From the NCBI RefSeq assembly GCF_009914755.1, contig NC_060926.1: a stretch of 64,000 bases of DNA, one strand, 5' to 3'. The position numbers were made by a program, and so were the translations under genes. Below the pieces are notes generated by a model. It had not been told where the DNA came from, searched no databases, and saw only the letters and a list, made by a program, of their open reading frames with translations. Source of the DNA: the human T2T-CHM13v2.0 reference genome, Homo sapiens. Positions 27,615 through 39,969 of the stretch are shown piece after piece. Each line of letters starts with the position of its first letter. Position 1 is the first letter of the stretch.

Positions 27615-29142
27615 TCTTTTTTTTAACTTTTCGGTTCAGGAATACATGTGTAGGTTTGTAACATAGGTAAACTTGTGTAGTGGGGATTTGAGGTTTTTTG
27701 TGCATATTATTTCATCATCCAGGTATTAAGCCTAGTACCCATTAGTTATTTTTACTGATCCTCTCCCTTCTCCCACCCTCCACCCTCCAGTACCCTCCAA
27801 TAGGCCTCATGGTCTGTTGTTTCCCTCTATGTGTCCATGTGTTCTCATCATTTAGCTCCCACTTGTAAGTGAGAACATGCAAAATTTGATTTTCTGTTCC
27901 TGTATTAGTTTGCTAAGGATATGGCTTCCAGCTCCATCCATGTCCCTGAATGGGACATGATCTTGTTCTTTTTCATGGCTGTATAGTATTCCATGGTATA
28001 TATGTACCACATTTTCTTTATCCTGTCTATTATTGATGGGCATTTAGGTTGACTCCATGTCTTTGCTATTGTGACTAGTGCTGCAATGAACATATGCATG
28101 CATGTCTTTATAACAGAATGATCTATATTTCTTTGAGTGTATACTCAGTAATGGGATTGCTGCGTCAAATGGCATTTCTGGCTGTAGGACGTTGAGGAAT
28201 CACTGCACTCTCTTCCACAGTGGTTGAACTAACTTACACACCCACCAACAATGTATAAGCATTCCCATTTCTCCACAAACTTGCCATCATCTGTTGTTGT
28301 TGTTGTTGTTGTTGTTTACTTTTTAATAGTCACTCTGACTAGTGTGAGGTGGTATCTCATTGTGGTTTTGATTTGCATTTCTCTGATGATCAAAGATGTT
28401 GAGCATTTTTTCATGATTGTTGTTTGTATGTATGATTCTCTTGAAAAGTATCTGCTTGTGTCTGCTGCCCACTTTTAATAGATTTTTTTTCTTCTTGTAT
28501 ATTAAGTTCCTTATAGATGTTGGACATTTGTCAGATGCATAGTTTGCAAACATTTTCTCCCATTCTGCAGGTTATCTGTTTACTCTGTTGATAGTTTCTT
28601 TTGCTGTGCAGAAGCTCTTTAGTTTAGTTTAATTGGATCCCATTAGTCAATTTTGCTTTTGTTGCAGTTACTTTTGGCATCTTCATCATGAAATCTGTGC
28701 CCATGCCTGTGTCCTGAATGGTATTATCTAGGTTTTCTTCTAGGGTTTTTATAGTTTTGGGTTTTACATTTAAGTCTTTAATCCATCTCGAGTTAATTTT
28801 TGTATATGATCTAATGAAGGGGTCCAGTTTCAATTTTCTACATATAGCTAGCTACTTATCCCAGCACCATTTATTGAATAGGGATGCATTTCTCCGTTGC
28901 TTGTTTTTGTCAGGTTTTTTGAAGATCAGATAGTTGTAGGTGTGCAGTCTTATTTCTGCATTCTCTATTCTGTTCCATTGGTCCATGTGTCTGTTTTTGT
29001 ACAGGTACCATGCTGTTTTGGTTACTGTAGTTCTGTAGTATAGTTTGAAGTTGGGTAGCAATGATGCCTCCAGCTTTTTGTTTTTCTTTTTTTCTCCTTA
29101 GGATTTCCTTGGCCTTTTGGACTCTTTTTAGGTTCCATATGA
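27615..29142 (-). mobile_element. Older L1PA element, 3' part (host of the L1PB insertion)
   Basis: L1PA-type 3'UTR; ORF2 remnants ([24 protein letters not shown]; CWDK). Confidence 0.88.
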
Positions 29143-29450
29143 TTTTTTTTTTTTTTTTTTTGGTGCACATAGTTTATTTAACACTCCTCTGTTTGGTGAT
29201 TTAGATTATTTCCCACTTTTATTTGTAATAAAAAATTGCACTGCAGTGAGCATCCTTATGATTAAATTTTTGTACTCATCCTTAATTATCTTTTTAGGAT
29301 GAATTTCCAGAGAGTGAATTACAGTTCACATTTAACTCTTTCAATGCATAGTGTCAAGCTGCCCTGAGGAGAGGTTGTGCTAATGTGTGCATGCTCAGCA
29401 GTGTATACCAGTGCCCATTTCCTTGCAACCTTGGCAATGCCAGATATTGC
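29143..29450 (-). other. Putative L1 3'-transduced segment (ancient L1ME-like DNA, AATAAA, A19 tail)
   Basis: T19 at 29143-29161; tttatt at 29173-29178; about 290 bp of highly diverged DNA between this tail and the L1PB tail. Confidence 0.75.
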
Positions 29451-29527
29451 TATTTTATTTTAATTAATTAATTAATTTTTCCATACGTTATTGGGTACAG
29501 GTGGTATTTGGTTACATGAGTAAGTTC

Positions 29528-29823
29528 TTTTTTTTTTTTTTTTTGAGACGGAGTCTCGCTGTTGCCCAGGCTGGAGTGCAGTGGTGCAATCTCGGCTCAC
29601 TGCAGGCTCCGCTCCCCGGGGTTCATGCCATTCTCCTGCCTCAGCCTCCCCCATAGCTGGGACTACAGGCGCCCGTCACCTCGCCCGGCTAATTTTTTGT
29701 ATTTTTAGTAGAGATGGGGTTTCACCATGTTAGCCAGGATGGTCTCGATCTCCTGACCTCGTGATCCACCCGCCTCAGCCTCCGAAAGTTCTGGGATTAC
29801 AGGCATGAGCCACCGTGCCCGGC
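29528..29823 (-). mobile_element. AluY-like, inside L1PB
   Basis: 17-bp TSD acatgagtaagttcttt. Confidence 0.92.
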
Positions 29824-30134
29824 ACATGAGTAAGTTCTTTAGTGATGATTTGGGAGATTTTGGTGCACCCATCAAATATGGGTATACACTGCACCATATT
29901 AGTACTCTTTTATCCCTCACCCCCTTCCCACTCTTCCCCCCAAGTCCCCAAAGTCCTCTGTATCATTCTTATACCTTTGTGTCCTCATAGCTTAGCTCCT
30001 ACATATCAGTGAGAACATACGATGTTTGGTTTCCATTCCTGAGTTACTTCACGTAGAATAATAGTCTCTAATCTCATCCAGATCACTACAAATGCTATTA
30101 ATTCACTCCTTTTTATGGCTGCATAGTACTCCAC

Positions 30135-30240
30135 TGTGTATGTATGTATGTGTGTGTATATATATACGTGTATATACACATAAACACATATATACACATA
30201 TATACATGTATGTGTGTGTATATGTGTATGTATATATGTG

Positions 30241-30271
<31 letters not shown>
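30135..30271. repeat. (TA/TG)n-(CA)n compound microsatellite
   Basis: Directly visible inside L1PB. Confidence 0.9.
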
Positions 30272-32156
30272 CAGTTTCTTTATCCACTTGTTGATGATGG
30301 GCATTTGGGTTGGTTCCATGATTTTGCAATTGTGAATTGCTCCACTATAAAAATGCATGTACAAGTATCTTTTTTGAGTAATGACTTCTTTTCTTCTGTG
30401 TAGACACCCAATAGTGGGGTTGCTGGATCAAATGGTAGTTCTACTTTTAGTTCTTTAAGGAATCTCCACACTGTTTTCCATAGTGGCTGTATGAGTTTAC
30501 ATTCCCACCAGCAGTGTAGAAGTGTTCCCTGTTCACCACATCCACGCCCACATCTACTGTTTGATTTTTTTTATTATGGCCATTCTTGCAGGAGTAAGGT
30601 GGTATCGCATTGTGGTTTTGATTTGTATTTCCCTGATCATTAGTGATGTTGAGCATTTTTTCATGTTTGTTGGCCATTTGTATATGTTCTTTTGAGAATT
30701 GTCCATTCATGTCCTTAGCCCACTTTTTTATGGGATTGTTTTTTTCTTACTGATTTGAGTTTGTTGTAGATTCTGGATATTAGTCCTTTGTTAGATGTAT
30801 AGATTGTGAAGATTTTCTCCCACTCTGTGGGTTGTCTGTTTATTCTGCTGACTGTTTCTTTTGCTGTGAAAAAGCTCTTTAGTTTAATTAGGTCCCAGCT
30901 ATTTCTCTTTGTTTTTATTGCATTTGCTTTTGGGTTCTTGGTAATGAAATCTTTGCCTACGCCAATGTCTAGAAGGGTTTTTCCAATGTTATCTTCTAAA
31001 ATTTTTATAGTTTCACGACTTAGGTTTAAGTACTTAATCCATCTTGAGTTGATTTTTGTATAAGGTGAGAGATGAGGATCCAGTTTCATTCTCCTACATG
31101 TGGCTAGCCAATTATCCCAGCACCATTTGTTGAAAAGGGTGTCCTTTCCCCACTTTATGTTTTTGTTTGCTTTGTTGAAAATCAGTTGGCTGTAAGTATT
31201 TGCATTTATTTCTGGGTTCTCTATTCAGTTCCATTGATCTGTATGCCTATTTTTATACCAGTACCATGCTGTTTTGGTGACTATGGCCTTATATTATAGT
31301 TTGAAATCAGGTAGTGTGCTTCCTCTAGATTTGTTCTTTTTGCTTAGTCTGCTTTGGCTGTGTGGGCTCTTTCTTGGTTCCATATGAATTTTAGAATTGT
31401 TTTTTCTAATTTTGTGAAGAATGATGGTGGTATTTTGATGGGGACTACATTGAATTTGTAGATTGCTTTTGGCAGTATGGTCATTTTCACAATATTGATT
31501 CTACCCATTCATGAGCATGGGATGTGTTTCCGTTTGTTTGCGTCATCTATGATTTCTTTCAGCAGTGTTTTGTAGTTTTCCTTGTAGAGGTCTTTCAACT
31601 CCTTGGTTAGGTATATTCCTAAGTATTTTTTTTTTTTTTTGCAGCTATTATAAAAGGGGTTGAGTTCTTGATCTGATTCTCCACTTGGTTGCTGTTGTTG
31701 TATAGAAGAGCTACTGATTTTGTATATTAATCTTGTATCCAGAAACTTTGCTGAATTCTTTTATCAGTTCTAGGAGCTTTCTGGAGGAGTCCTTAGGGTT
31801 TTCAAGGTAAACGATTGTATCATCAGCAAACAGTGACAGTTTGACTTCCTGTTTACTGATTTGGATGCCCTTTATTTCTTTCTCTTGTCTGATTGCTCTG
31901 GCTAGGACTTCCAGTACTATGTTGAACAGGAGTGGTGACAGCGGGCATTCTTGTCTTGTTCCAGTTCCCAGAGGGAATGCTTTCAACTTTTCCCCATTCA
32001 GTATCACGTTTGCTGTTGGTTTGTCATAGATGGAGTTTATTACATTAAGGTATGTCCTTTGAATGCTGATTTTGCTGAGAGTTTTAATCATAAAGGGATG
32101 CTGGATTTTGTCGAATGCTTTTTCTGCATCTATTGAGATGATCATGTGATTTTTAC

Positions 32157-32447
32157 TTTTTTTTTTTTTGAGACAGAGTCTCACTCTGTTGCCCAGGCTG
32201 TAGTGCAATGGTGCAATCTTGGCTCCTGCAACCTCCGCCTCCTGGGTTCAAGCGATTCTCCTGTCTCAGCCTCCCGAGTAGTTGGGATTACAGGCGTGCG
32301 CCACCAGGCCCGGCTAATTTTTGTATTTTTAGTAGAGACAGGTTTTCACCATGTTGGTCAGGCTGGCCTCAAACTCCTGACCTCGTGATCCACCCGCCTC
32401 AGCCCCCCAAAGTGCTGGGATTACAGGCATGAGCCACCATGTCCAGC
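32157..32447 (-). mobile_element. AluS (Sg-like), inside L1PB ORF2
   Basis: TSD tgatttttactttt. Confidence 0.9.
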
Positions 32448-33887
32448 TGATTTTTACTTTTAATTCTGTTTCTGTGGTGTATCACATTTATTGGCTTGCA
32501 TATGTTAAACCATCCCTACATCCCTGGTATGAAACCCACTTGATCATGGTGGATTATCTTTTTGATATGTTGTTGGATTTGGTTAGCTAGAGCTAGTAGT
32601 TGTTAAGAAGTTTAACATCAATGTTCATCAAGGATATCGGTCTATAGTTTTCTTTTTTGGTTATGTCCTTTCCTGGATTTGGTATTAGGGTGATGCTGGC
32701 TTCATAAAATGAATTACAGAGGGTTCCTTCTTTCTCTATCTTGTGGAATGGTATCAAAAGGATTGGTACCAATTCTTCTTTGAATGTCTGGTAGAATCTG
32801 AATGTCTCCTGTGAATCCATCTGGCCTGGACTCTTTTTTTTGTTGTTGTTGGTAATTTTAAAAATACCATTTCGATCTCGCTGCTTGTTATTGGTCTGTT
32901 CAGGGTATCTAATTTTTCCTGATTTAAGCTAGAAGGGCTGTATTTTTTCCAGGAATTTATCCATCTCTTCTAGGTTTTCTAGTTCATGTGCCTAAAGGTG
33001 TTCATAGTAGACTTGAATGATCTTTTGTATTTCAGTGGTGTCCGTTGTAATATCTCCTGTTTCGTTTCTTATTGAGGTTATTTGGCTTCTCTCTCTTCTT
33101 CTCTTGGTTAATCTTGCTAATGATCTATCAGTTTTATTTATCTTTTCAAAGAACCAGCTTTTTGTCTCATTTATCTTTTGTATTTTTTGTTTGTTTCAAT
33201 TTCATTTAGTTCTGCTCTCATCTTGGCAGTTTTCTTATTTCTGCTGGGTTTGAGTTTGGTTTGTTCTTGTTTCTGTAGTTCCTTGAGGTATGACCTTAGA
33301 ATGTGAGTTTGTGCCCTTTCAGTCTTTTTGATGTAGGTGCTTAGGGCTATGAACTTTCATCTTAGCACCGCCTTTGCTGTATCCCAGAGGTTTTGATAGG
33401 TTGTGTCATTATTGTCATTCAGTTCAAATAATTTTTTAATTTCCATCTTGATTTCATTTTTGACTCAATGCTCATTCAGGAGGACGTTATTTAATTTCTA
33501 TGTATTTGTATGGTTCTGAAGGTTCCTTTTGGAGTTGATTTCCAGTTTTATTCCACTGTGATCTGAGAGCGTGCTTGATATAATTTCAATTTTTTAAAAT
33601 TTATTGAGGGTCGTTTTATGGGCTATCATGTGCTGTATCTTGGAGAAAGTTCCATGCACTGTGTGTTCTGTGGTTGTTGGATGAAATGTTCTGTTTATAT
33701 ATGTTAAGTCCATTTGTTTTAAGGTATAGTTTAAATCCATTGTTTCTTTGTTGAGTTTCTGTCTTGATGTCCTGTCTAGTGCTGTCAGTGGAGTAGTGTA
33801 GGTCTTAGGTCTATTCTTAGGTCTATTAGTAATTGTTTCTTAGGTCTATTAGTAATTGTTATATAAATTTGGGAGCTGCAGTGTTAG

Positions 33888-33889
<2 letters not shown>

Positions 33890-33925
<36 letters not shown>

Positions 33926-33990
33926 ACACATATATATACACACATACATATATACACATACATATATACACACATACATATATATACACA

Positions 33991-34025
<35 letters not shown>

Positions 34026-34040
34026 CCATCTATATACATA
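33890..34040. repeat. (GT)n-(CATATA)n-(CA)n compound microsatellite
   Basis: Directly visible. Confidence 0.9.
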
Positions 34041-34182
34041 TTTTGAGACAGAGTTTTGCTGTCATCCAGGCTGGAGTGCAGTGGTGCGATCTTGGCTCAC
34101 TACACTTTCTGCCTCCCAAGTTCAAGCGATTCTCCTGCCCCAGCCTCGTGGAGTAGCGGGGACTACAGGCACATGTCACCGC
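34041..34182 (-). mobile_element. 5'-truncated Alu (right arm)
   Basis: tttgagacagagttttgctgtcatccaggctgg...gggactacaggcacatgtcacc. Confidence 0.88.
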
Positions 34183-35332
34183 AGGTGCCTCTGTTTTTAG
34201 GATTGTGATATTTCCTGTTGGACAAGGTTTTTACCATTATATAATGTCCCTCTTGGTCTCTTTTAACTGCTGTTACTTTAAAATTTGTTTTGTCTGGTAT
34301 AAGAATAGCTGCCCCTGCTCGCTTTTGGTGTCCATTTGCATGAAATGCCTTTTTCTGCCCCTTTACTTTAAGTTTATGTGAGTCCTTATGTGTTAGGTGA
34401 GTCTTCTGAAGGCAGCAGAGAGTTGGTTGGTGAGTTCTTATCCATTCTGTGGTTCTGTATCTTTTAAGAGGAGCATTTAGGCCATTTACATTCAATGTTA
34501 GTATTGAAATATGAGGTACCGTTGCATTCATTGTGATTTTTGTTGCCTGCGTACTTTGTTTTTTTTGTTGTTTTTGCTTTTTAACATGTATTTTTGTTTT
34601 ATAGGTCCTGTGTGATTTATGCTTTAAAGAGGTTCTGTTTTGATGTGTTTCCAGAATTTGTTTCAAGATTTACAGCTCCTTCTAGCAGTTCTTATAGTGG
34701 TGGCTTGGTAATGGCAAATTCTGTCAGCATTTGTTTGTCTGAAAACGACTATATCTTTGCTTCATACATGATGCTTACTTTTGCTGGATACTAAATTCTT
34801 GGCTGATAATTGTTTTGTTTGAGGAGGCTGAAGATAGGGCACCAATCTCTTCTAGCTTGTAGGGGTTCTGCTGAGAAATCTGCTGTTAATCTGATAGGTT
34901 TTCCTTTATAGGTTACTTGGTTCTTCTGTCTTACAGGTTTTAAGATTCTTTCTTTTGTCTTAACTTTGGATAACCTGATGACTATGTGCCTAGGCGAAGA
35001 TCTTTTTGCAATGAATTTTCCAGGTGTTCTTTGTGCTTCTTGTATTTGGATGTCTAGGTCTCTAGCAAGGCTGGGGAAGTTTTCCTTGATTATTCCCCCA
35101 GATATGTTTTCCAAGCTTTTAGAATTCTCTTCTTCCTCAGGAACACTGATTATTCTTAAGTTTGGTTGTTTAACGTAATCCCAGACTTCTTCATGACTTT
35201 CTTCATATTTTCTTCTTCTTTTTTCTTTGACCTTGTTGGATTGGGTTAGTTCAAAGACCTTGTTTTCGAGCTCTGAATTTCTTTCTTCTCCTTGTTCAAT
35301 TCTATTGGTGAGACTTTCCAGAGCATTTACCC

Positions 35333-35622
35333 TTTTTATTTTATTTTATTTTATTTTATTTTATTTTGAGACGGAGTCTCACCCTGTCACCCAGGCTGGA
35401 GTGCAGTGGCACGGCTCAATGGCTCAATGCAACCTCCACCTCCTGGGTTCCAGTGATTCCCTGGCTAATTTTTGTATTTTTGTCCAGCTAATTTTTGTAT
35501 TTTTAGTAGAGATGGGGTTTCGCCATGTTGGCCAGACTGGTCTCAAAATCCTGGCCTTGTGATCTGCCCGCCTCACCCTCCCAAAGTACTGGGATTAGAG
35601 GGGTGAGCCACCATGCCTGGGC
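35333..35622 (-). mobile_element. AluS with internal deletion and duplicated linker
   Basis: (tttta)n tail; gctaatttttgtattttt present twice; TSD agcattt. Confidence 0.88.
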
Positions 35623-36776
35623 AGCATTTCACATTTCTAAAAGTGTGTCCAAAGTTTCCTGATTTTTTGGTTGTTTTTTCTTTAAGCTATCTATTTCCTT
35701 GAATATTTCTCCCTTCACTTGTTGCATCACTTTTTGGATTTCCTCGCATTAAAATTGGGCTTCACCTTTCTCTAGTCCATCCCTCTTTAGCTTAATAACT
35801 AACCTCCCTAAATTCTTTTTCAGGTAAATCAGGGATTTCTTCTTGATTTGGATCCACTGCTGCTGAACTAGTGTGATTTTTTGGGGGTGTTGAAGAGCCT
35901 TGTTTTGTCATATTACCAGGGTTTGTTTTCTGGTTCCTTCTCATTTGGGTAGGCTCTATCAGAGGGAAGGTTTAGGGCTGAAGGCTGCTGTTCAGGTTCT
36001 TTTGTCCCACAGGGTGTTCCCTTGATGTAGTACTCTCCCCCTTTTCCTATGGATGTGGCTTCCTGTGAGCTGTACTACAGTGATTGTTGTTTCTCTTCTG
36101 GGTCTAGCTACCCAGCTGGTTTATCTGGCTCCAGGCTGGTACTGGGGGTTGTCTGCACAGAGTCCTGTGATATGAAGCATCTATGGGTCTCTCATTCATG
36201 GATACCAGTGCCTGTTCCAGTGGAGATGGCAGGGCTGTGTGATGGACTCCGTGAGGGTTCTTGGCTTTGGTGGTTTAATGCTCTATTTTTGGGCTGGTTG
36301 GACTCTTGCCAGGAGGTGCGCTTTCCAGAAAGCATCAGCTGTAGTAATATAGAGAGGGACCAGTGGTGGGTGGGGCCCTGGCACTCCGAAGATTATATGC
36401 CATTTGTCTTCTACTACCAGGGTGGATAGGGAAGTACCATCAGGTGGGGGTGGGGCTAGGCATGTCTGAGCTCAGACTCTCCTTGGGCAGGTCTTGCTGT
36501 GCCTGCTGTGGCGGATGGGGGTGAGATCCCCAGGTCACTGGAGTTGGGTACCTAAGAGGATTATGGCTGCCTCTGCTGAGAAATGCAGTTTCTCAGGGAA
36601 GTAGGGGAAAGCCGGCAGTCACTGGCCTCACCCAGCTCCCATGCAAACTGAAGGGCCTGTCTCACTCCCACCATGCCCCCCAACAACAGTCCTGAGTCTT
36701 TTTCCAGGCAGAGGGCATGATGGGCTTGAAAACTTGTCCTGGGCTACCTGCCTCCCAGCTGCAAAAGAAAAGGGCC

Positions 36777-37760
36777 TGAATTTTAAAGTAGTTTTTATCT
36801 AGTTCTGTGAAGAATCTCAGTGGTAGTTTAATAGAAATAGCATTGAATCTATACATTGCTCTGGGTAGTATGGCCATTTTAACAATATTGATTCTTCCTG
36901 TTCATGAGCATGGAATGTTTTTCCATTTGTTTGTGTCATCTCTGATTTCCTTGAGCAGTGTTTTGTAGTTCTCATTGTAGAGATCTTTCACCTCTTGGAT
37001 TAGCTGCATTCCTAGGTGTTTTATTCTTTTTGTAACAATTGTGAATGGGATTGTGTTCCTGATTTGGCTCTTGGCTTGGCTATTGTTGGTGTATAGGAAT
37101 GCTAGTCATTTTTGTACATTGGTTTTGTGTCCTGAAACTGCTGAAGTTGTTTATCAGCTGAAGGAGCTTCTGGGCTGAGATTATGGGGTTCTCTAGATAT
37201 AGGACGATGTTGTCTGCAAACAGGGATAGTTTGACTTCCTCTCTTCCTATTTGGATGCCCTTTATTTCTTTCTCTTGCCTGGTTGCTCTGGCTATAACTT
37301 CCAATACTCTGTTGAATAGGAGTGGTGAGAGAGGGCATCCTTGTCTTGTGTCAGTTTTCTAGGGGAATGTTTCCAGCTTTTGCCCATTCAGTATGATTTT
37401 GGCTATGGGTTTGTCATATATGGCTCTTATTATTTTGAGGTATGTTCCTTCAGTACCTAGTTTATTGAGAGCGTGTTTTTTTTTTTTTTTTTTTGACAGA
37501 GTCTTGCTGTATTGCCCAGGCTGGAGTGCAGTCGTGCAGTCTTAGCTCATTGTAATCTCTGCCTCCGCCTCCTGAGTAGCTGGGACTACAGGCACACGCC
37601 ACCATGCCCAGCTAATTTTTGTATTTTTAGTAGAGATGGGGTTTCCATGTTGGCCAGGATGGCCTTGATCTCCTGACCTCGTGATCTACCCGCCTCGGCC
37701 TCCCAAAGTGCTGGGATTACAGGCGTAAGCCACTGTTCCCGGCCGAGAGTTTTTAACATG
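36777..37760 (-). mobile_element. Continuation of the host L1PA (RT region)
   Basis: Resumes at tgaattttaaagtagttttt; ORF 37080-37304 ([23 protein letters not shown]). Confidence 0.88.
37476..37744 (-). mobile_element. AluS (Sc-like) with internal deletion
   Basis: Antisense Alu inside the host L1. Confidence 0.88.
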
Positions 37761-37764
37761 TTAA

Positions 37765-38032
37765 TGATATGTATGCTAAAGTGGCTAAAGAGGCGAAGTG
37801 TATGGATATCTGCAACTTACTTTGAAATGTATCAAAAATAAGATGTTTCAATGCAATAAAAGTTGAAAAAAATAAGATGGATTGATAAAGGGACAGGTTA
37901 ATGGACAGATAAGTGATAACGCAATTATTGTAAGACATTAATGGTCGAATCCAAATAGTGGGCATACGGATGTTTACTGTACCTTCTTAGAACTTTATTG
38001 TATATTTAAAACTTTTCATAATAAAATTTTGG
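37765..38032 (+). mobile_element. Ancient L1 (L1MC/ME) 3' end fragment
   Basis: atctgcaacttactttgaaatg...ttttcataataaaattttgg. Confidence 0.6.
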
Positions 38033-38079
38033 TAAAACTAGTGTTACTGAGAAGGTACCTAAGCCTGCATAGGTCTAGT

Positions 38080-39175
38080 TTGGTTCAGTCAACATTTAGT
38101 GACACCTATAGTGCTCAAAGTGATATAATAAGTATTAGGGATGTAAGAATGAAGTAACTCAGACTCTTTGAGGTAAAGAGTGGCAGGAAATAAAACTGGA
38201 AAGCACAGGTTAGTTAATGGAGAGTCTTATACACCATGATAAGGAGCTTGGACTTTATCCTATGGGGTTTTAGGGAGGGGAATGATACTTAGGTAGGTTA
38301 CTTTAGCAGCATTGTGGAGGCTAGATTTCAGGAGGTGGTGGTGGTGGTAGTGGGTATAGACTAAAGACAAAGATAATAATTAGGAAGCAGTACTCCAAGT
38401 GAAGATGATTGATTAACCTAAATTCCAATGGTTATAGGGCTAGTTTCTAGAAATATTTAGGAGCATTAATCAATTGAATTTGATTGGTTGGATTAATTGT
38501 AAGTGGGTTATAGAGAATCAAGAACGACAGAGACCACATATGGAGGAGCAAGTTTGGAGTTTGAGGGGAAAATGATGAGTTTAGTTTAAGACATCTTATG
38601 TTTTGGATATTATCTAGTCAAAGACTTCTTTATCCATGCATTTTTGCCTACGTTATTTTAAAAACATTCACGATAGAATTCCATGTCTGTTGCTAACAGT
38701 AAGATGTTGAGCAAAATGGATACAGATACTGCCTTTTAGAAAGTTACAGCCTAATAGGCTGGGTGCGGTGGCTTATGCCTGTAATCCCAGCACTTTGGGG
38801 GGCCAAGGTGGGCAGATCACTTGAGCTCAGTAGTTCGAGACCAACCTGGGTAACATGGTGAAACCTCATCTGTACTAAAAATGCAAACATTAGCTGGGAG
38901 TGGTGGCACGTGCCTGTTATCTCAGCTACTTGGGAGGCTGAGGCAGGGGAAGTGCTTGAACCCGGAGGCAGAGGTTGCAGTGAGCCAAGATCGTGCCACT
39001 GCACTGCAGTCTGGGTGACAGAGTAAGACTCTGTCTCAAAAAAAAAAAAAAAAAAAACTTACAGCCTAGTGAAGGAGATAATTAAACCAGAGTTATAATA
39101 AAAAGTGATATTTATGGTGATAGGAAAAGTACAAGATGGTATGGAACTTCCTAGAAGGAACAGTTATTTTAACAT
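38080..39175 (-). mobile_element. L2 fragments
   Basis: tcaacatttagtgacacctatagtgc; aaggagcttggactttatcc; ggaggagcaagtttgg...gatgagtttagttt. Confidence 0.65.
38757..39057 (+). mobile_element. AluS/Jb
   Basis: Full sense Alu; TSD ttacagccta. Confidence 0.9.
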
Positions 39176-39275
39176 TGGCTTGTAGGTATTATCAGTTTGA
39201 AGCCTGGGATGAAGCCTGGACTGGAGATACCAATTAATGTCTTTCTGTTGCTGATTCCTGAGAGTTGATAAAAAT

Positions 39276-39762
<487 letters not shown>

Positions 39763-39930
39763 TAAAAGCCAAGATTAACCCAGAGAAAACAGAAGAAATG
39801 GAGAAATAGTAGATTCTAGGTGTAAGACAGGGAATTTACAAGGAATTTACAAGATGAGTCTGGGACATCTCATGCCATAAAAGTTAAGCTGCTGCCAAAG
39901 ACTAATAGGGTTAAAAGGACACAGGAGCCA

Positions 39931-39957
39931 ACACACACACACACACACACACACACA
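39931..39957. repeat. (CA)n microsatellite
   Basis: Directly visible. Confidence 0.9.
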
Positions 39958-39969
39958 TCCCAAACCCCA

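Larger units (their letters stand above)
29451..36776 (-). mobile_element. Near-full-length L1PB (L1PB1-like), inactivated
   Basis: L1PB 3' end ccatacgttattgggtacaggtggtatttggttacatgag; RT remnant 31711-32208 ([14 protein letters not shown]); EN 34163-34666 (ISILTLNVNGLNAPLKR); ORF1 34791-35114; GC-richer 5'UTR at about 35900-36776. Confidence 0.92.

Noticed and set aside
30006-30403. Overlapping ORFs rich in C/V/Y/H/T
   Set aside because: Translations of a dinucleotide microsatellite.
29451-36776. L1PB ORF1/ORF2 as an active retrotransposon or domesticated RT gene
   Set aside because: Broken by stops, frameshifts, four Alus and microsatellites; the longest piece is under 170 codons.
35900-36776. 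GC-richer segment as a CpG-island promoter
   Set aside because: It is the L1PB 5'UTR and is CpG-depleted; no CpG island is visible anywhere in the window.
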